Shown one piece after another: positions 27,303 to 37,037 of a DNA stretch of 64,000 nucleotides. Below the pieces are notes generated by a model that searched no databases, had not been told where the DNA came from, and was given only the letters and a program-made list of their open reading frames with translations. Source of the stretch: an uncultured Verrucomicrobiota bacterium (GTDB lineage Bacteria; Verrucomicrobiota; Kiritimatiellia; PWTM01); NCBI GenBank assembly GCA_964610105.1, contig CAZSUU010000003.1:18417-82416 (forward strand), given 5' to 3'. A program made the translations under genes and the position numbers. Every line of letters begins with the position of its first letter. Within the stretch, counting starts at the first letter, position 1.

Positions 27303-28445
27303 ATGAGACTCCGGATCGTCATCCTCGCCGTACTGAGCGCCGCGCACACGGCGTCGGCTGCACCGACGGGCGACACCGTCGTCGTGGTCACGGAGCGACC
27401 GCTGGCCGCCCCGCAGATGGAGATGCTCCGGAGTGCCCGCAGCCTGCTGATCATGGTGCCGGGCGTGAGCTCCGGCGATCCTGTTGAACGCCGCCGTCTC
27501 CTCGGGCGGATACGCGCCGGGGGGGGGCACGACCTGGCCGTGTTCTACGACTGGGAATCCGCGAATCCCGCGCGCAGGATCGCCTCGCCCACGGCGGTCG
27601 GCCCCGCGGCCGGGAGGCTGGTCGAGCTCGGGGAGACGTTCCAGCGCGCGACGGGCGACGGGAAGACCCTCGACCTGCTCGCGCACAGCGCGGGCGCCGT
27701 AGTGGTCAACAAGGCGGCGGAGACGATCGTGCGCACCGGCTCGCCCGTTCGGTTCCGGAGGGTCCTGTTCCTGGGCACCGCCCTTTCCGCCGACGAGCCG
27801 CTGGAGGGTCTGAAGACGGTCAGCCGCTCCGTCTTGAACGTCCATTCCGCCCACGACGGCGTCAACCGCAACATCAACGATCGGGAGGGACGCCTCGACG
27901 CCCTCGGACAGCCGGGATATCGCAATGTGCGCATCGACCGGACGCTCGGCGGACGGCTCGTGCGGCACCACACCTTCCTTTCCGACGATCCCGAGAACTG
28001 GCTGCCGTATGTACATTACCTGCGGACCGGTGAGTGGTTCGAGGGCCGACGCGTGAACCTATCGCCCGACGGTTCCGCGGAGGACGTGCACCGGCTGTGC
28101 CTGTGGGTCGGGGCTCATCCCCGGGAACCCGCCGACGCGATCCGCGGGACTCTGCCGACCCTGGTCGGCCATGCGGACCCCGTGCGCGTGCACTACGGGG
28201 TGGTGCTGACCGGCCTGTTGAAGGCGGCGGAGATGGTCCCGGCCCTGAAGGCGCTGCTCGCCGACGCGAAGACGCCCGTTCACGTGCGGCGGGAGGCCTA
28301 CCAGGCGCTCGGCAACCTGGAGGATGGCCGGCACGTCGACTTCCTCCGTGGCGCGCGCGACACCGACCCGGCCTGTGACGAAGTGCTTCGCGATGTGCTG
28401 CGCGAGTTGAAGCGCAAGCGGGTGGAGCCGATCCGCGGTCGATGA
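27303..28445 (+). CDS. Secreted alpha/beta hydrolase (GxSxG = AHSAG)
   Basis: Signal peptide MRLRIVILAVLSAAHTASA; nucleophile elbow LLAHSAGAVV; divergent from the NlpC-like gene. Confidence 0.65.
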   Translation: MRLRIVILAVLSAAHTASAAPTGDTVVVVTERPLAAPQMEMLRSARSLLIMVPGVSSGDPVERRRLLGRIRAGGGHDLAVFYDWESANPARRIASPTAVGPAAGRLVELGETFQRATGDGKTLDLLAHSAGAVVVNKAAETIVRTGSPVRFRRVLFLGTALSADEPLEGLKTVSRSVLNVHSAHDGVNRNINDREGRLDALGQPGYRNVRIDRTLGGRLVRHHTFLSDDPENWLPYVHYLRTGEWFEGRRVNLSPDGSAEDVHRLCLWVGAHPREPADAIRGTLPTLVGHADPVRVHYGVVLTGLLKAAEMVPALKALLADAKTPVHVRREAYQALGNLEDGRHVDFLRGARDTDPACDEVLRDVLRELKRKRVEPIRGR

Positions 28446-28514
28446 GGATGAGGGGACAGGCACGAATCCGTCACCTCGCCTTCTTGGGCACCCATCGCGG
28501 ATCCGCGTGGGGCT

Positions 28515-31500
28515 CTACTTCGGCATGATCTCCCAGGCCCGCGCCGATTTTGCGGGGAGGACGATCTCCCGGCGCAGGACGGGCGGAGTGGGCGCGGCTT
28601 CTCCCGCTTCGTCGGCCGAGAGGGTCCGCACGGTCAACCCCGACGTCGGCAGTCCGCACGCGCCGGCGTCGAATTCAAGCCGGGCGGCCAGGGAGGTCTC
28701 TCCCACGTTCACTAAGAACAGCGCCACACGGTTCGACCGCGGCAGATGCCATGCGCCGGTCAGTAGGGCGTCGGTGGTCACCGGCCAGACGCCGCTCCAC
28801 TGCCAGTCGGCGGTGACGCGGGGCATGTCCGCCGCGCCGGAACCGGCGATCTCCAGACGGGGCGGCCGCAGCATCCGGCCGGCGACGAAGTAGTCGACGA
28901 GCCGGGCGCGCAGGCGCACGACCTCGCGGAGAAAGGCCAGGTTGTCCTTCTCGCGGACGACCCCGGGATGGAGCCAGCCGATCTGCTCGCCGAACACGAG
29001 CTGCTGCCCCGCCTTCATCCGCAGCGCGAGGTCCTTGGTCGGTCCCTCGCGATAGGCCCGACCGAACATCTGGATGGCCCCCCCGTAGATGGCGGGAAAG
29101 GCCGGGACCTGGCCGTCGTACTGCCAGTGCCAGGTCAGATAGCCGTCGAAGCAGTGGGTGTAGGGCTCGCCGTTGCACTCGGTGGTCAGCATGCGCCCCT
29201 CCGGCATACCCCGCCGGATGCGCCCCAGAAGGTCCCAGTAGCTCTCCGTCCACCAGTGCCCTCCGCCGGGCGGATGACCGTGCGACCCGTCCATGCACAG
29301 CACCGGCTGCGCCGCGGCCACCTGGTCGATGTATACGCCGTCGACGCCGCACTCGTTCATGAGCCGCAGGACGATCTCGCGGACGCGGGACTTCCACAGG
29401 CCGGTGGACGGACACATGACGGCGAGGCGCACGGGGCTGCCGTCGCTCTCCTTGCTGCCATAGGTTTCGATGAAGGGTTGGCCGCCCGTGTCCTTCGCGG
29501 TCGCGGGCTGGGCAACCGACGAGAATTCTCGCTCCTCCGTCCCGCGGTCCCGCGTATCCCACAGGCGTCCGTTGATGTACGGCATGACGCGCACCCCCGA
29601 AGCCTGCAGCTCCGCGACGCCCGCCGCGAAGCCGTCCTTCGCGGGGAAGTAGTGCGGGTAGTCGTTGTCGAAGGGGATCTGGTGCCAGTTGTACCAGTGC
29701 AGGCCGACCGGAAGCCCCAGGGCGGCCTGGAATTCCTTCGTGATCGCCACCACCTCCGCCGCGCTTCCTCCGGTCATCGCCCAGCACGACAGCTCGCGCA
29801 TCCACCGGGGCGTGTCCTTCCTCCCCGCGGCTCCGACCTCCGGCTGCCAGCGCGCCTCCCGACCAACCCACTCGCGGTACATCGTCGCGGCATCGAACCA
29901 GTCGCCGCGCAGCAGCCTCCAGATGCCCGCCCCCTCGAGCCGGTAGCCGTTGCCCGGCCTGCCCATGCCAGGGGCCGGGATCGAGAATTCCAGATCGACG
30001 GCGCGCGCGTCGGGCCGGCTCTCGACGCGCAGGTCCTTGGTGCCGCCATACGGGTCATGCAGGGCGACGTACACTCCGGCGCCGGTAGAACGGTCATAGG
30101 CGGCCATGAACGGCATCGCGGTCCAGCCGGAGGGATACGTCCCGGCAAACCGCAGCGGACGCGTCCACGCGCCGCGCGCCACCTCGCCGGCGCCGCGGGG
30201 CAGGAAGACCTCGGCGGCCGGACCGGGTTCCGCCACGGAGAGCCGGGGGAAGGCGGTCGTCCACACGCTCCAGGGGGCCTCGACACCGGTGACCGCGATC
30301 GACCAGGAGATCCCGTTGCGGCGCCGTTCCGGCTGGGCTTCCACGGCGACCGACAGGCGGCCCAGCCGTTCGTCGGTCGGATGGGACCAGCGCAGGACGA
30401 GCCCGCCGACCAGGGATCGCCGATTCTCCACCCTCCCCCACCCCCGGTCGGCGCAGAGCACGGCCTCCTCCGCGGAACCGGCGCGGCGAAGGGTGACCTG
30501 GAAGAGCGGCAGCGAATCCCGCGCGAGGAGCGGCCGGCCGGCGTCGAGATCCATCAAGTGCAGTAGGCGGAAGCCGTCCGCCGTGCGCTCCAGCGCCAGG
30601 GCGAGATCGCCGGCGCTCAGCGAGACCCAGTCGGACGGAAACCGCCCGTCCGCCGCGCCGAGGGCGTCCCGGTATCGCCCGCGCCGCTCCAGCTGCTCCG
30701 CCGCGGAGAGGCGCCATACGTCCTCGCGCGGGGCGGCGCGACCGGTCCGCGCCGCTCGCGCCCGGCTTTCCCGAAGCGTGCGGCGCAGCGAGCCGATCGT
30801 GACCGTCACGGGGATGGCGCTCGGCGCCGGCCTCGACGAAGCCGCGCGAATCGCCTCCAGGGCCTTCTCTCCGCTGCCCATCCACAGCCAGGCGGCGACC
30901 TCGCGCCTCGTCCCGCCGAACTCCGTCCACGCCAGGTCGCTGTGGGCATGAAGGTAGCTGCCGTAGCCCCCGCGGCCGTCGTAGACCAGGAACGGCCCCC
31001 CGTCGAACATGCCGATCGCGTTCGTCCCGTCGTGAAGGGCGGCCCAGTCGGAGCAGCGGACCGAGGCCTGCGCGCCCGTGATGACCCCCGCGGCTTCGGG
31101 ACCGGCCCCCGCCCACCTCGGGAACGCATCGTCGGGATAGTTCATCTCGAGGAAGTGCCACTCCTTCCACGCAAACGGCTGCCGCTGCCGCTGGATGGCG
31201 GTCACGTACACGAGCGGCCGATCGTGAAAGTAGAACCAGTCATAGACCGCGGTCGGTTTCGAGTCCGGATGGATCCCGCCGCCGAGATACCGGCCCGCCA
31301 CCCGGACGACCGTGCACAGGGAGCCGGTCGAGGCGAGTTCAACCGTCGGCTCGGGATCGTCGCCCAGCCGGAAGCTCCCCAGCTCCCGGTGGTGGGTGCG
31401 GTCCTGCCAGCGCACCGATTCGAACGCCTTGCCCGTCGCGGGAAAGTCGATGCGCGAGGGCAGTCCGCCCTCGCGCCCGACGGTGTGGACAATGCGGTAG

Positions 31501-31886
31501 TGAGGCGTGGAAACCACCCCGCCGAAAGGCGCGCGGTCACGCCCCGGGCCGCGGCCGAAGGAGAGCCGGACATCGTCGTCGAAACCCGGAGGCAGGCGCA
31601 GGAGGGCGGTCCCCGACACGCGGTGCTCGGGATCGAACTCCGCGTCGGGGACGAACTGGAACGGGACGGGCTGTCCGCCCCGCGCGGTCGCGGCCCCGAC
31701 TCCGCCCGGATCGACCCGGCCGATCCCGCACCACCGGACGGCGGCGGTCAGATCGACGCGGGCCGCCACCAGGTCGTGCCCGGGCGGGCCGTCGAACGCG
31801 AGAAGAACCTCGTCGGCCCGAAGCGGACCGACGGCTCCCGACAGGATGAACACGCCGGCGAAGAAGCCGCGGAACCGTCGCATCAT
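28515..31886 (-). CDS. Very large secreted glycoside-hydrolase-like protein (1123 aa, family unassigned)
   Basis: Signal peptide MMRRFRGFFAGVFILSGAVGPLRA; TIM-barrel-like segment GVDGVYIDQVAAA...; no precise family could be assigned by eye. Confidence 0.65.
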   Translation of the reverse strand: MMRRFRGFFAGVFILSGAVGPLRADEVLLAFDGPPGHDLVAARVDLTAAVRWCGIGRVDPGGVGAATARGGQPVPFQFVPDAEFDPEHRVSGTALLRLPPGFDDDVRLSFGRGPGRDRAPFGGVVSTPHYRIVHTVGREGGLPSRIDFPATGKAFESVRWQDRTHHRELGSFRLGDDPEPTVELASTGSLCTVVRVAGRYLGGGIHPDSKPTAVYDWFYFHDRPLVYVTAIQRQRQPFAWKEWHFLEMNYPDDAFPRWAGAGPEAAGVITGAQASVRCSDWAALHDGTNAIGMFDGGPFLVYDGRGGYGSYLHAHSDLAWTEFGGTRREVAAWLWMGSGEKALEAIRAASSRPAPSAIPVTVTIGSLRRTLRESRARAARTGRAAPREDVWRLSAAEQLERRGRYRDALGAADGRFPSDWVSLSAGDLALALERTADGFRLLHLMDLDAGRPLLARDSLPLFQVTLRRAGSAEEAVLCADRGWGRVENRRSLVGGLVLRWSHPTDERLGRLSVAVEAQPERRRNGISWSIAVTGVEAPWSVWTTAFPRLSVAEPGPAAEVFLPRGAGEVARGAWTRPLRFAGTYPSGWTAMPFMAAYDRSTGAGVYVALHDPYGGTKDLRVESRPDARAVDLEFSIPAPGMGRPGNGYRLEGAGIWRLLRGDWFDAATMYREWVGREARWQPEVGAAGRKDTPRWMRELSCWAMTGGSAAEVVAITKEFQAALGLPVGLHWYNWHQIPFDNDYPHYFPAKDGFAAGVAELQASGVRVMPYINGRLWDTRDRGTEEREFSSVAQPATAKDTGGQPFIETYGSKESDGSPVRLAVMCPSTGLWKSRVREIVLRLMNECGVDGVYIDQVAAAQPVLCMDGSHGHPPGGGHWWTESYWDLLGRIRRGMPEGRMLTTECNGEPYTHCFDGYLTWHWQYDGQVPAFPAIYGGAIQMFGRAYREGPTKDLALRMKAGQQLVFGEQIGWLHPGVVREKDNLAFLREVVRLRARLVDYFVAGRMLRPPRLEIAGSGAADMPRVTADWQWSGVWPVTTDALLTGAWHLPRSNRVALFLVNVGETSLAARLEFDAGACGLPTSGLTVRTLSADEAGEAAPTPPVLRREIVLPAKSARAWEIMPK

Positions 31887-31958
31887 GATCTCGATCCTCC
31901 CCCGGGTGCGGCCGACGGCGGTCGCACGCGGAAAGGGTACCTCCGCGCGCCGCCCGCA

Positions 31959-32699
31959 TCAAGGCGCCGGCGTCTGCCTGCCCGACGCCCCGCGCGTCGC
32001 TTCCAGGAACTCGGCGCGGTGTTTCTCGAAGAGCTTGAGATAGTGCGCCGTGTGGCCGCCCGCCGCCTGCGCCTTCAGATAGTCGTAGGCGTAGGGCAGA
32101 TGGTACTCGGCGAACGTCCGGGCGGTGCTCGACACCCACGTGATCATCTCCGGCGGAACGGCGCCGAGCACCGGTTTCAGCTCGAGGAGGACGTCGCGGT
32201 GCAGGCGGAGACCGTCGTATTCGATGATCTCGCGCAGCAGTCCGAACACGGCGGGGTCGTTCAGTGCCCCCCGGCGGACGCGGTCGGCCACTTCCTGATG
32301 CCGTTGTTCCTGGTAGAGGTTCGTCAGTTCGAAGATGAGCACACTGAAACGATGCGCGTCCTTCAACCCGTCATTCAGCTCGATGTATCCCCGGCCGTCC
32401 TCGAAGTAGGCCAGGCCGCCGGGCGTCTCCGTGGTGCCGCGGACCGTGTACCCGCCGCGCCGGTCGACATCTTCGGCCATGGTTCGGTACCAGGCGCTGT
32501 TCGTGCGAAGCCATCGGTCGGCTTCCCGGTCGGATGCGAAACGGACCGCCGGCGTGACACGGATGCCGGCCGACGGCCCCGACCCGCCCGGGACTCGAGG
32601 CCCGGCGGAGTTGGTGGGCGCGAGGGGGCCGCAGAGCGAGACCGAACAGGGGAAGAGCACGAGGGCCAGACCGGCGATCTTCGCGAAGTGCAGATTCAT
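31959..32699 (-). CDS. Secreted hypothetical protein (246 aa)
   Basis: Signal peptide MNLHFAKIAGLALVLFPCSVSLCG; lies between the two giant GH-like genes. Confidence 0.55.
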   Translation of the reverse strand: MNLHFAKIAGLALVLFPCSVSLCGPLAPTNSAGPRVPGGSGPSAGIRVTPAVRFASDREADRWLRTNSAWYRTMAEDVDRRGGYTVRGTTETPGGLAYFEDGRGYIELNDGLKDAHRFSVLIFELTNLYQEQRHQEVADRVRRGALNDPAVFGLLREIIEYDGLRLHRDVLLELKPVLGAVPPEMITWVSSTARTFAEYHLPYAYDYLKAQAAGGHTAHYLKLFEKHRAEFLEATRGASGRQTPAP

Positions 32700-32814
32700 G
32701 TTTCAGCCATCCGTACCGAGCTTGTTTTCCGGTCCGTTCCCCGCGACGCGTCACGCCCTGCGCCGCCCGCGGCCGACCGCCCCGCCCTCGCCGGGCGTCG
32801 AGCTCCGGCGTCGT

Positions 32815-35800
32815 TCAACGCGGCCGGAACACCAGCCGCACCGCCCGCGGCGCGAACGGTTCGATGACGACCGTGTTCATGCCCGGCGTGAGGTGCTTCG
32901 TCACGTCCAGCCGGAACGGCCGGCCGATGAACCCGCCGGCGTACCGGCCGTTGATGCTCACGCGCGCGGCCTCTTCCGGCGCGATCCCGTCCATTTCCAC
33001 GAACACGCGCGTCCGCGCCGGATTCATGTCCGCGGGCAGCTCGCAACGCCCGACGAACGGGTCGCTGGCGACGGGGCTGGCGGTCAGGCGTCCTCGCCCC
33101 GCGCCGGCGGCGGCGAAACGGCCCCACGGGGCGCAGCCGTACGCGCCCACCTCCTTCGACGCGGGCCAGGCCTTGTCGTCGAAGTCCGGCCGGTTCCATC
33201 CGGGCTCTTCCCGCTCCGCCGCCTTCCACGTCGCGTCCAACGCGCACGCGAGCGGCGCGCCGCTTTCGAACGCGATTTCGATCCGGCCGATGAGGCCCGC
33301 GGGATTCGGTGTGTCCGCCATGTTCAGCGCCGCGAGGGCGAAGACGTTGGCGCCTTCCCCGATCAGCTTCGTCAGATCCAGCTTCGTCGGCGAGCGCCAG
33401 CCCTCCAGATCGTCGCTGCTGCGGCCGGCCTCCCTCCCGTTCACGAAGAGCGTGAACGCGTTGTCGCACGTGCCGATGAAGCGCGCCTGCCGGATCGCGC
33501 GGCCGGCCGGCACCGTGCACCCTCCGCGGAAGTAGCGCATGCCCGGCGGCACGCCCTGGGCCGCATCGCCGCGGGGGAACCAGATCCACCGGCAGCCGCT
33601 GAGCGCGGCGTCCTCGGCGGAATTCGGCGTCTCCGCCGGCGGCGCGCTCGGGATGATCAACTCCGGCGGCGTGGCGACGCGCTGGACGGCCACCGGTTCG
33701 CGCGCGGGCGGGCCGGCGGGAGGCAGACGCGCGGGCAGGACGCGCCGCTCCTCCTGGAAGAGCAGCACGACGCTCTCGGACGGCTCCAGCGTCAGGTCCA
33801 GCTCGACCGCGTTCGCGGCGATGCGTTTGTACGGCACGGCGGCGATCTCGTTCCGCATCGCGTCCCACGCCTCCGGCTCGCCGGCGGCCGCGATCCGGAA
33901 GCGGAAGCGCCGCGCGTCGCCCATGTGGTTCTGGTTGCAGACCAGGAACACGTCGCGACCGGACTTGACCCGGTGCAGGACGTGCAGCCATCCGCCGGTC
34001 TCGCCCTCGATCACCTCCAGCGCCGGGCGCACGCCGGCGTCCTTCGCGAACGCGCCCTGGATCTGCTCCACCGTCGGCCGGGCCGGCAGGAAGTACGAGC
34101 GTCCGCCCGCTGCGCTGGTCTTGCAGGCCGCCGTGCCGGGCGACGGGTTCCCCCAGACCGCGTCGCACAGGGCGGCAAGGTCGGCGGCGGTCTTCCCGAG
34201 CGTCGCGGACTTGCCGGGCAGGACGTCATAGCCGACCACGATGCCGCCCTTCTCGAAAAACTCCTTCGCCTTCGCCAGCGCGGGGTACGGGATGACCTCC
34301 GCGGGCGGCACGATCAGGATGCGGTAGCTCTCCTTGTGCAGCTTGAGCGCCCCGCCTTCGATGGCGGCCAGCTCCTCGAACGCGTCGTACGGCACCCAGT
34401 CGCAGTCGTAGAGCGCGTCGTCGAGCGTGTCCGTCAGCGCGTCGTTCCGCACGCATCGGCCCGCATGCATGCTCTGCCCCGGGAAGAGGAACGCGACCGG
34501 CGCCACGTGCCGCCCGCCCGACAGCAGCACGCTCAGACGGCTGGTGTAGTCGCAGTACACGCGGTGCAGCGGGTAGCGCGGCTCGAACCCGCCGTTGTAG
34601 AAGTAGGGCGGGCAGTCCGTGTCGTGCGGCGCGCGCGGGTTGAAGGAATGCGGAATCATGAAGTTCACCCCGCGGACCTGCATCTGGTCGGTCAGCCACT
34701 TGATCTGCGGGTACGTGAGGTCCTGGCCGTAGGCGCCGAAGATCTCGCACATCGCGATGTCGTCGGGCTTGTTGTAGACATGCGTGATGGAGCTGCCGAG
34801 CCTGGCCATCTGCCACAGGCCGGGCTTCCTCTCCCCGGGGTAGAACTGGCGGCAGACCAGGTCGATGCCGCCCATCCCGCAGTACTTCTGCAGCTGGAAC
34901 ATGTTCCCGGCGCAGAGCTGCCGGCTGAACAGATCGTTGCTGTGTTCCATGAAGTGGCCGATCGAAACAACCCGGTGTTCGCGGCACCACTTCGACATGC
35001 CGCCGTACATCGTGCGGCCCCACGCCTCGGCGAACGCGTCCGCGTACTGGTACCTTGCCGCGATCTGCTCCTCGCCCGCCAACCGGAACTTCCACGCCAC
35101 CAGCGCCTTCTTCCAGTCCACCTTGCGCTCGGCCAGCAGCGTCATCACGTCCGTCCCCCAGTCGCCCAGGGTCTCCGGCTCGTCAAAGAAATACCCCCGG
35201 ATGGTCCGGCCGAAGTCGTCCTTGAATCGGTCATAGTGCGGCTGGTAGACGGTCTTCAGGAACCACTCGACGCAGTCGGGGCTCGCGCCGTCGACGGCGA
35301 TCATCTTCTGCTGCATGCCCTTCGGGCCGGTGAGCTGCCACGTGAACTTCATGACCTTCCATCGGCCCGCGGGCGCGTCCCACGTCAGCGTGCCGTCCCT
35401 GATGTGGGGCGCGAGGTCCACCAGGCTGGCGCCGTCGACACCCGCTTCCGTCTCGCGCCCCGCCACCGCGCCGATGAACTCCCTGCCGTCGTAGCCCGGC
35501 TCGGTCAGCCGCTTCGGCCCCTCCACCGGCGTCGCGGCGGCCGCCATCGTCTTCGACCCGTACTCCGGCGGCACCTTGCCGCCGACCATCTGGCTCGGCC
35601 ACCATTTCTCGTCGAAGATCCACATCTGCAAATCCAGTTCCCTGGCCTTCTTCAGGCAGATGTCGAGATCGCGGTACCACCCTTCGCCCAGCCAGTCGTT
35701 GTGCGGGCGCGATTCGGCCGTGAACGCGCCGTTGCCGCTCTCCGCGACTCTGTCGAGATACGTCTCCAGCCGTTCCCGGCTCTCGTCGCCGTGCAGCCAG

Positions 35801-35955
35801 AACAGCGGCCCCGTCAGCCGCCTCGCCTCCATCGGCAGCTCGCGAAACCGGCGCTCGACCTCCTTCATATCCGGCTCGCCCCTCTCCGCCCCCGCGGGCG
35901 GGCCCGACATCGCCGCCAGCACCGTCAACCCTGCAGCCAGGGTGAAACGCTTCAT
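32815..35955 (-). CDS. Large secreted glycoside-hydrolase-like protein (1046 aa; GH106/GH2-like architecture, tentative)
   Basis: Start MKRFTLAAGLTVLAAMSG (ATG 35955, preceded by AGGGAG). The longer ORF to 36093 is read-through of the conserved upstream element. Confidence 0.7.
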   Translation of the reverse strand: MKRFTLAAGLTVLAAMSGPPAGAERGEPDMKEVERRFRELPMEARRLTGPLFWLHGDESRERLETYLDRVAESGNGAFTAESRPHNDWLGEGWYRDLDICLKKARELDLQMWIFDEKWWPSQMVGGKVPPEYGSKTMAAAATPVEGPKRLTEPGYDGREFIGAVAGRETEAGVDGASLVDLAPHIRDGTLTWDAPAGRWKVMKFTWQLTGPKGMQQKMIAVDGASPDCVEWFLKTVYQPHYDRFKDDFGRTIRGYFFDEPETLGDWGTDVMTLLAERKVDWKKALVAWKFRLAGEEQIAARYQYADAFAEAWGRTMYGGMSKWCREHRVVSIGHFMEHSNDLFSRQLCAGNMFQLQKYCGMGGIDLVCRQFYPGERKPGLWQMARLGSSITHVYNKPDDIAMCEIFGAYGQDLTYPQIKWLTDQMQVRGVNFMIPHSFNPRAPHDTDCPPYFYNGGFEPRYPLHRVYCDYTSRLSVLLSGGRHVAPVAFLFPGQSMHAGRCVRNDALTDTLDDALYDCDWVPYDAFEELAAIEGGALKLHKESYRILIVPPAEVIPYPALAKAKEFFEKGGIVVGYDVLPGKSATLGKTAADLAALCDAVWGNPSPGTAACKTSAAGGRSYFLPARPTVEQIQGAFAKDAGVRPALEVIEGETGGWLHVLHRVKSGRDVFLVCNQNHMGDARRFRFRIAAAGEPEAWDAMRNEIAAVPYKRIAANAVELDLTLEPSESVVLLFQEERRVLPARLPPAGPPAREPVAVQRVATPPELIIPSAPPAETPNSAEDAALSGCRWIWFPRGDAAQGVPPGMRYFRGGCTVPAGRAIRQARFIGTCDNAFTLFVNGREAGRSSDDLEGWRSPTKLDLTKLIGEGANVFALAALNMADTPNPAGLIGRIEIAFESGAPLACALDATWKAAEREEPGWNRPDFDDKAWPASKEVGAYGCAPWGRFAAAGAGRGRLTASPVASDPFVGRCELPADMNPARTRVFVEMDGIAPEEAARVSINGRYAGGFIGRPFRLDVTKHLTPGMNTVVIEPFAPRAVRLVFRPR

Positions 35956-35969
35956 GCTCTTCTCCCTAA

Positions 35970-36138
35970 GGCGGCGAGCCGCAACCCAACGGTCCTGGCC
36001 GCTCAATGCCCTCACTCCAGTCCGTCCGTTCCTTCGTGCAACCGCGCCGCCTTCCGAGATTGTTCCGCCACCCATTCCACGGAGGAACCTCACGGAGGAA
36101 GCATCACACGCAACTGCGCCTCATGTTTTGGCGGAACA
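35970..36138 (-). promoter_or_regulatory. Conserved ~170-nt upstream element, copy A (5' leader/promoter module of the GH gene)
   Basis: About 80% identical and colinear with 47994-48162 (core ~88%); ends 14 nt before the GH start codon. Contains tandem cacgga(g/a)(g/a)a motifs and ttgttccgcc...ggcggaacaa. Confidence 0.55.
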
Positions 36139-36639
36139 ATCCAGGGCGGCGCGCGCCGACCGAGCGGTTCCGGTTCACCAGGCCCGTTCTGCACAGGGCT
36201 TTCATGCCGTAACCATGCCAGAACCGGCCCGATCAGGCAAAGACTGTGATAGGCGAGCGCACGCGCGCCGCTCGGGAGTGCCGTGGGTGAGGCAGTCCGT
36301 GTCTGCGCCATCGGCCGGTCAGATGCCCGAGCTCCTCCGAAACGTCCTGACATTGGAAGCGACGCGTTCCGATCGGTCCGCACCTTGGAAACCTCTGGAG
36401 TGCACACCGCTGAAAGACCGTGGCGGAATGCCCCGCCGAATCGACGCTCGGACCTGGCGCACCAGACGTTCCTCAGCGACGGCCGATCTCCCGACGCTTC
36501 GTCCTTGCCTGCGCCGTTGAACCGTCGCAACATCCGATCGGCCGCACCCCGGCAGCGCCTCCTCGCCGATCCGGCGACCGTCGGATGGTTCTGCGACCGA
36601 CGGGGTCGGGCGGCAGCCTGACGCAAAGGAGTACGTGCA

Positions 36640-37037
36640 TGAGCCTCTGGAGCCGCATCCGGGAGTGGATCGCCGGCCGCAAGGACAGTGCCGGCCGGAT
36701 CGTGAAGGTGAAGAGCTACGACAAGGGGGAGTGCGAGCGCGCCCTGGAGGAGGCCGAGAAGCGTCTCGGGCTGAAGTACGCCGGCAAGGGCATCACGGTC
36801 ATCGCCCAGAAAGGCGAGAGCATGGGCGGCGGATTCTGGGGCCTCCTGAAAACCAATACCGCCGCCGGAGTCACGGGGAACGCGAAGAGGCAGACCCTCT
36901 ACCTCTACACCGATCCCCAGGGCGCCGAACGCTGGAACGAGCTGCTCCACGAGATGGCGCACGCCGTGCTCTTCAGCCACGGGGAACAGGGTCACCCCCC
37001 CCAATACCGCAAGCTGTTCGAGCACTGGTACGACTGA
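36640..37037 (+). CDS. Small HExxH(x5)H protein, putative mini zinc metallopeptidase (132 aa)
   Basis: Strong SD AAGGAG 8 nt upstream of ATG; motif LLHEMAHAVLFSH; native GC3-rich codon usage. Confidence 0.55.

Noticed and set aside
35956-36093. N-terminal extension MRFLRGMGGGTISEGGAVARRNG... of the GH gene, and the similar peptide in ORF 47917-48738
   Set aside because: The similarity comes from the conserved 170-nt DNA element. In copy B it is out of frame with the downstream gene, so it is not a conserved coding extension or a separate peptide gene.
32431-36249. 1272-aa plus-strand ORF
   Set aside because: Antisense to the 1046-aa secreted GH-like gene, which has a signal peptide and GC3-biased codons on the minus strand.
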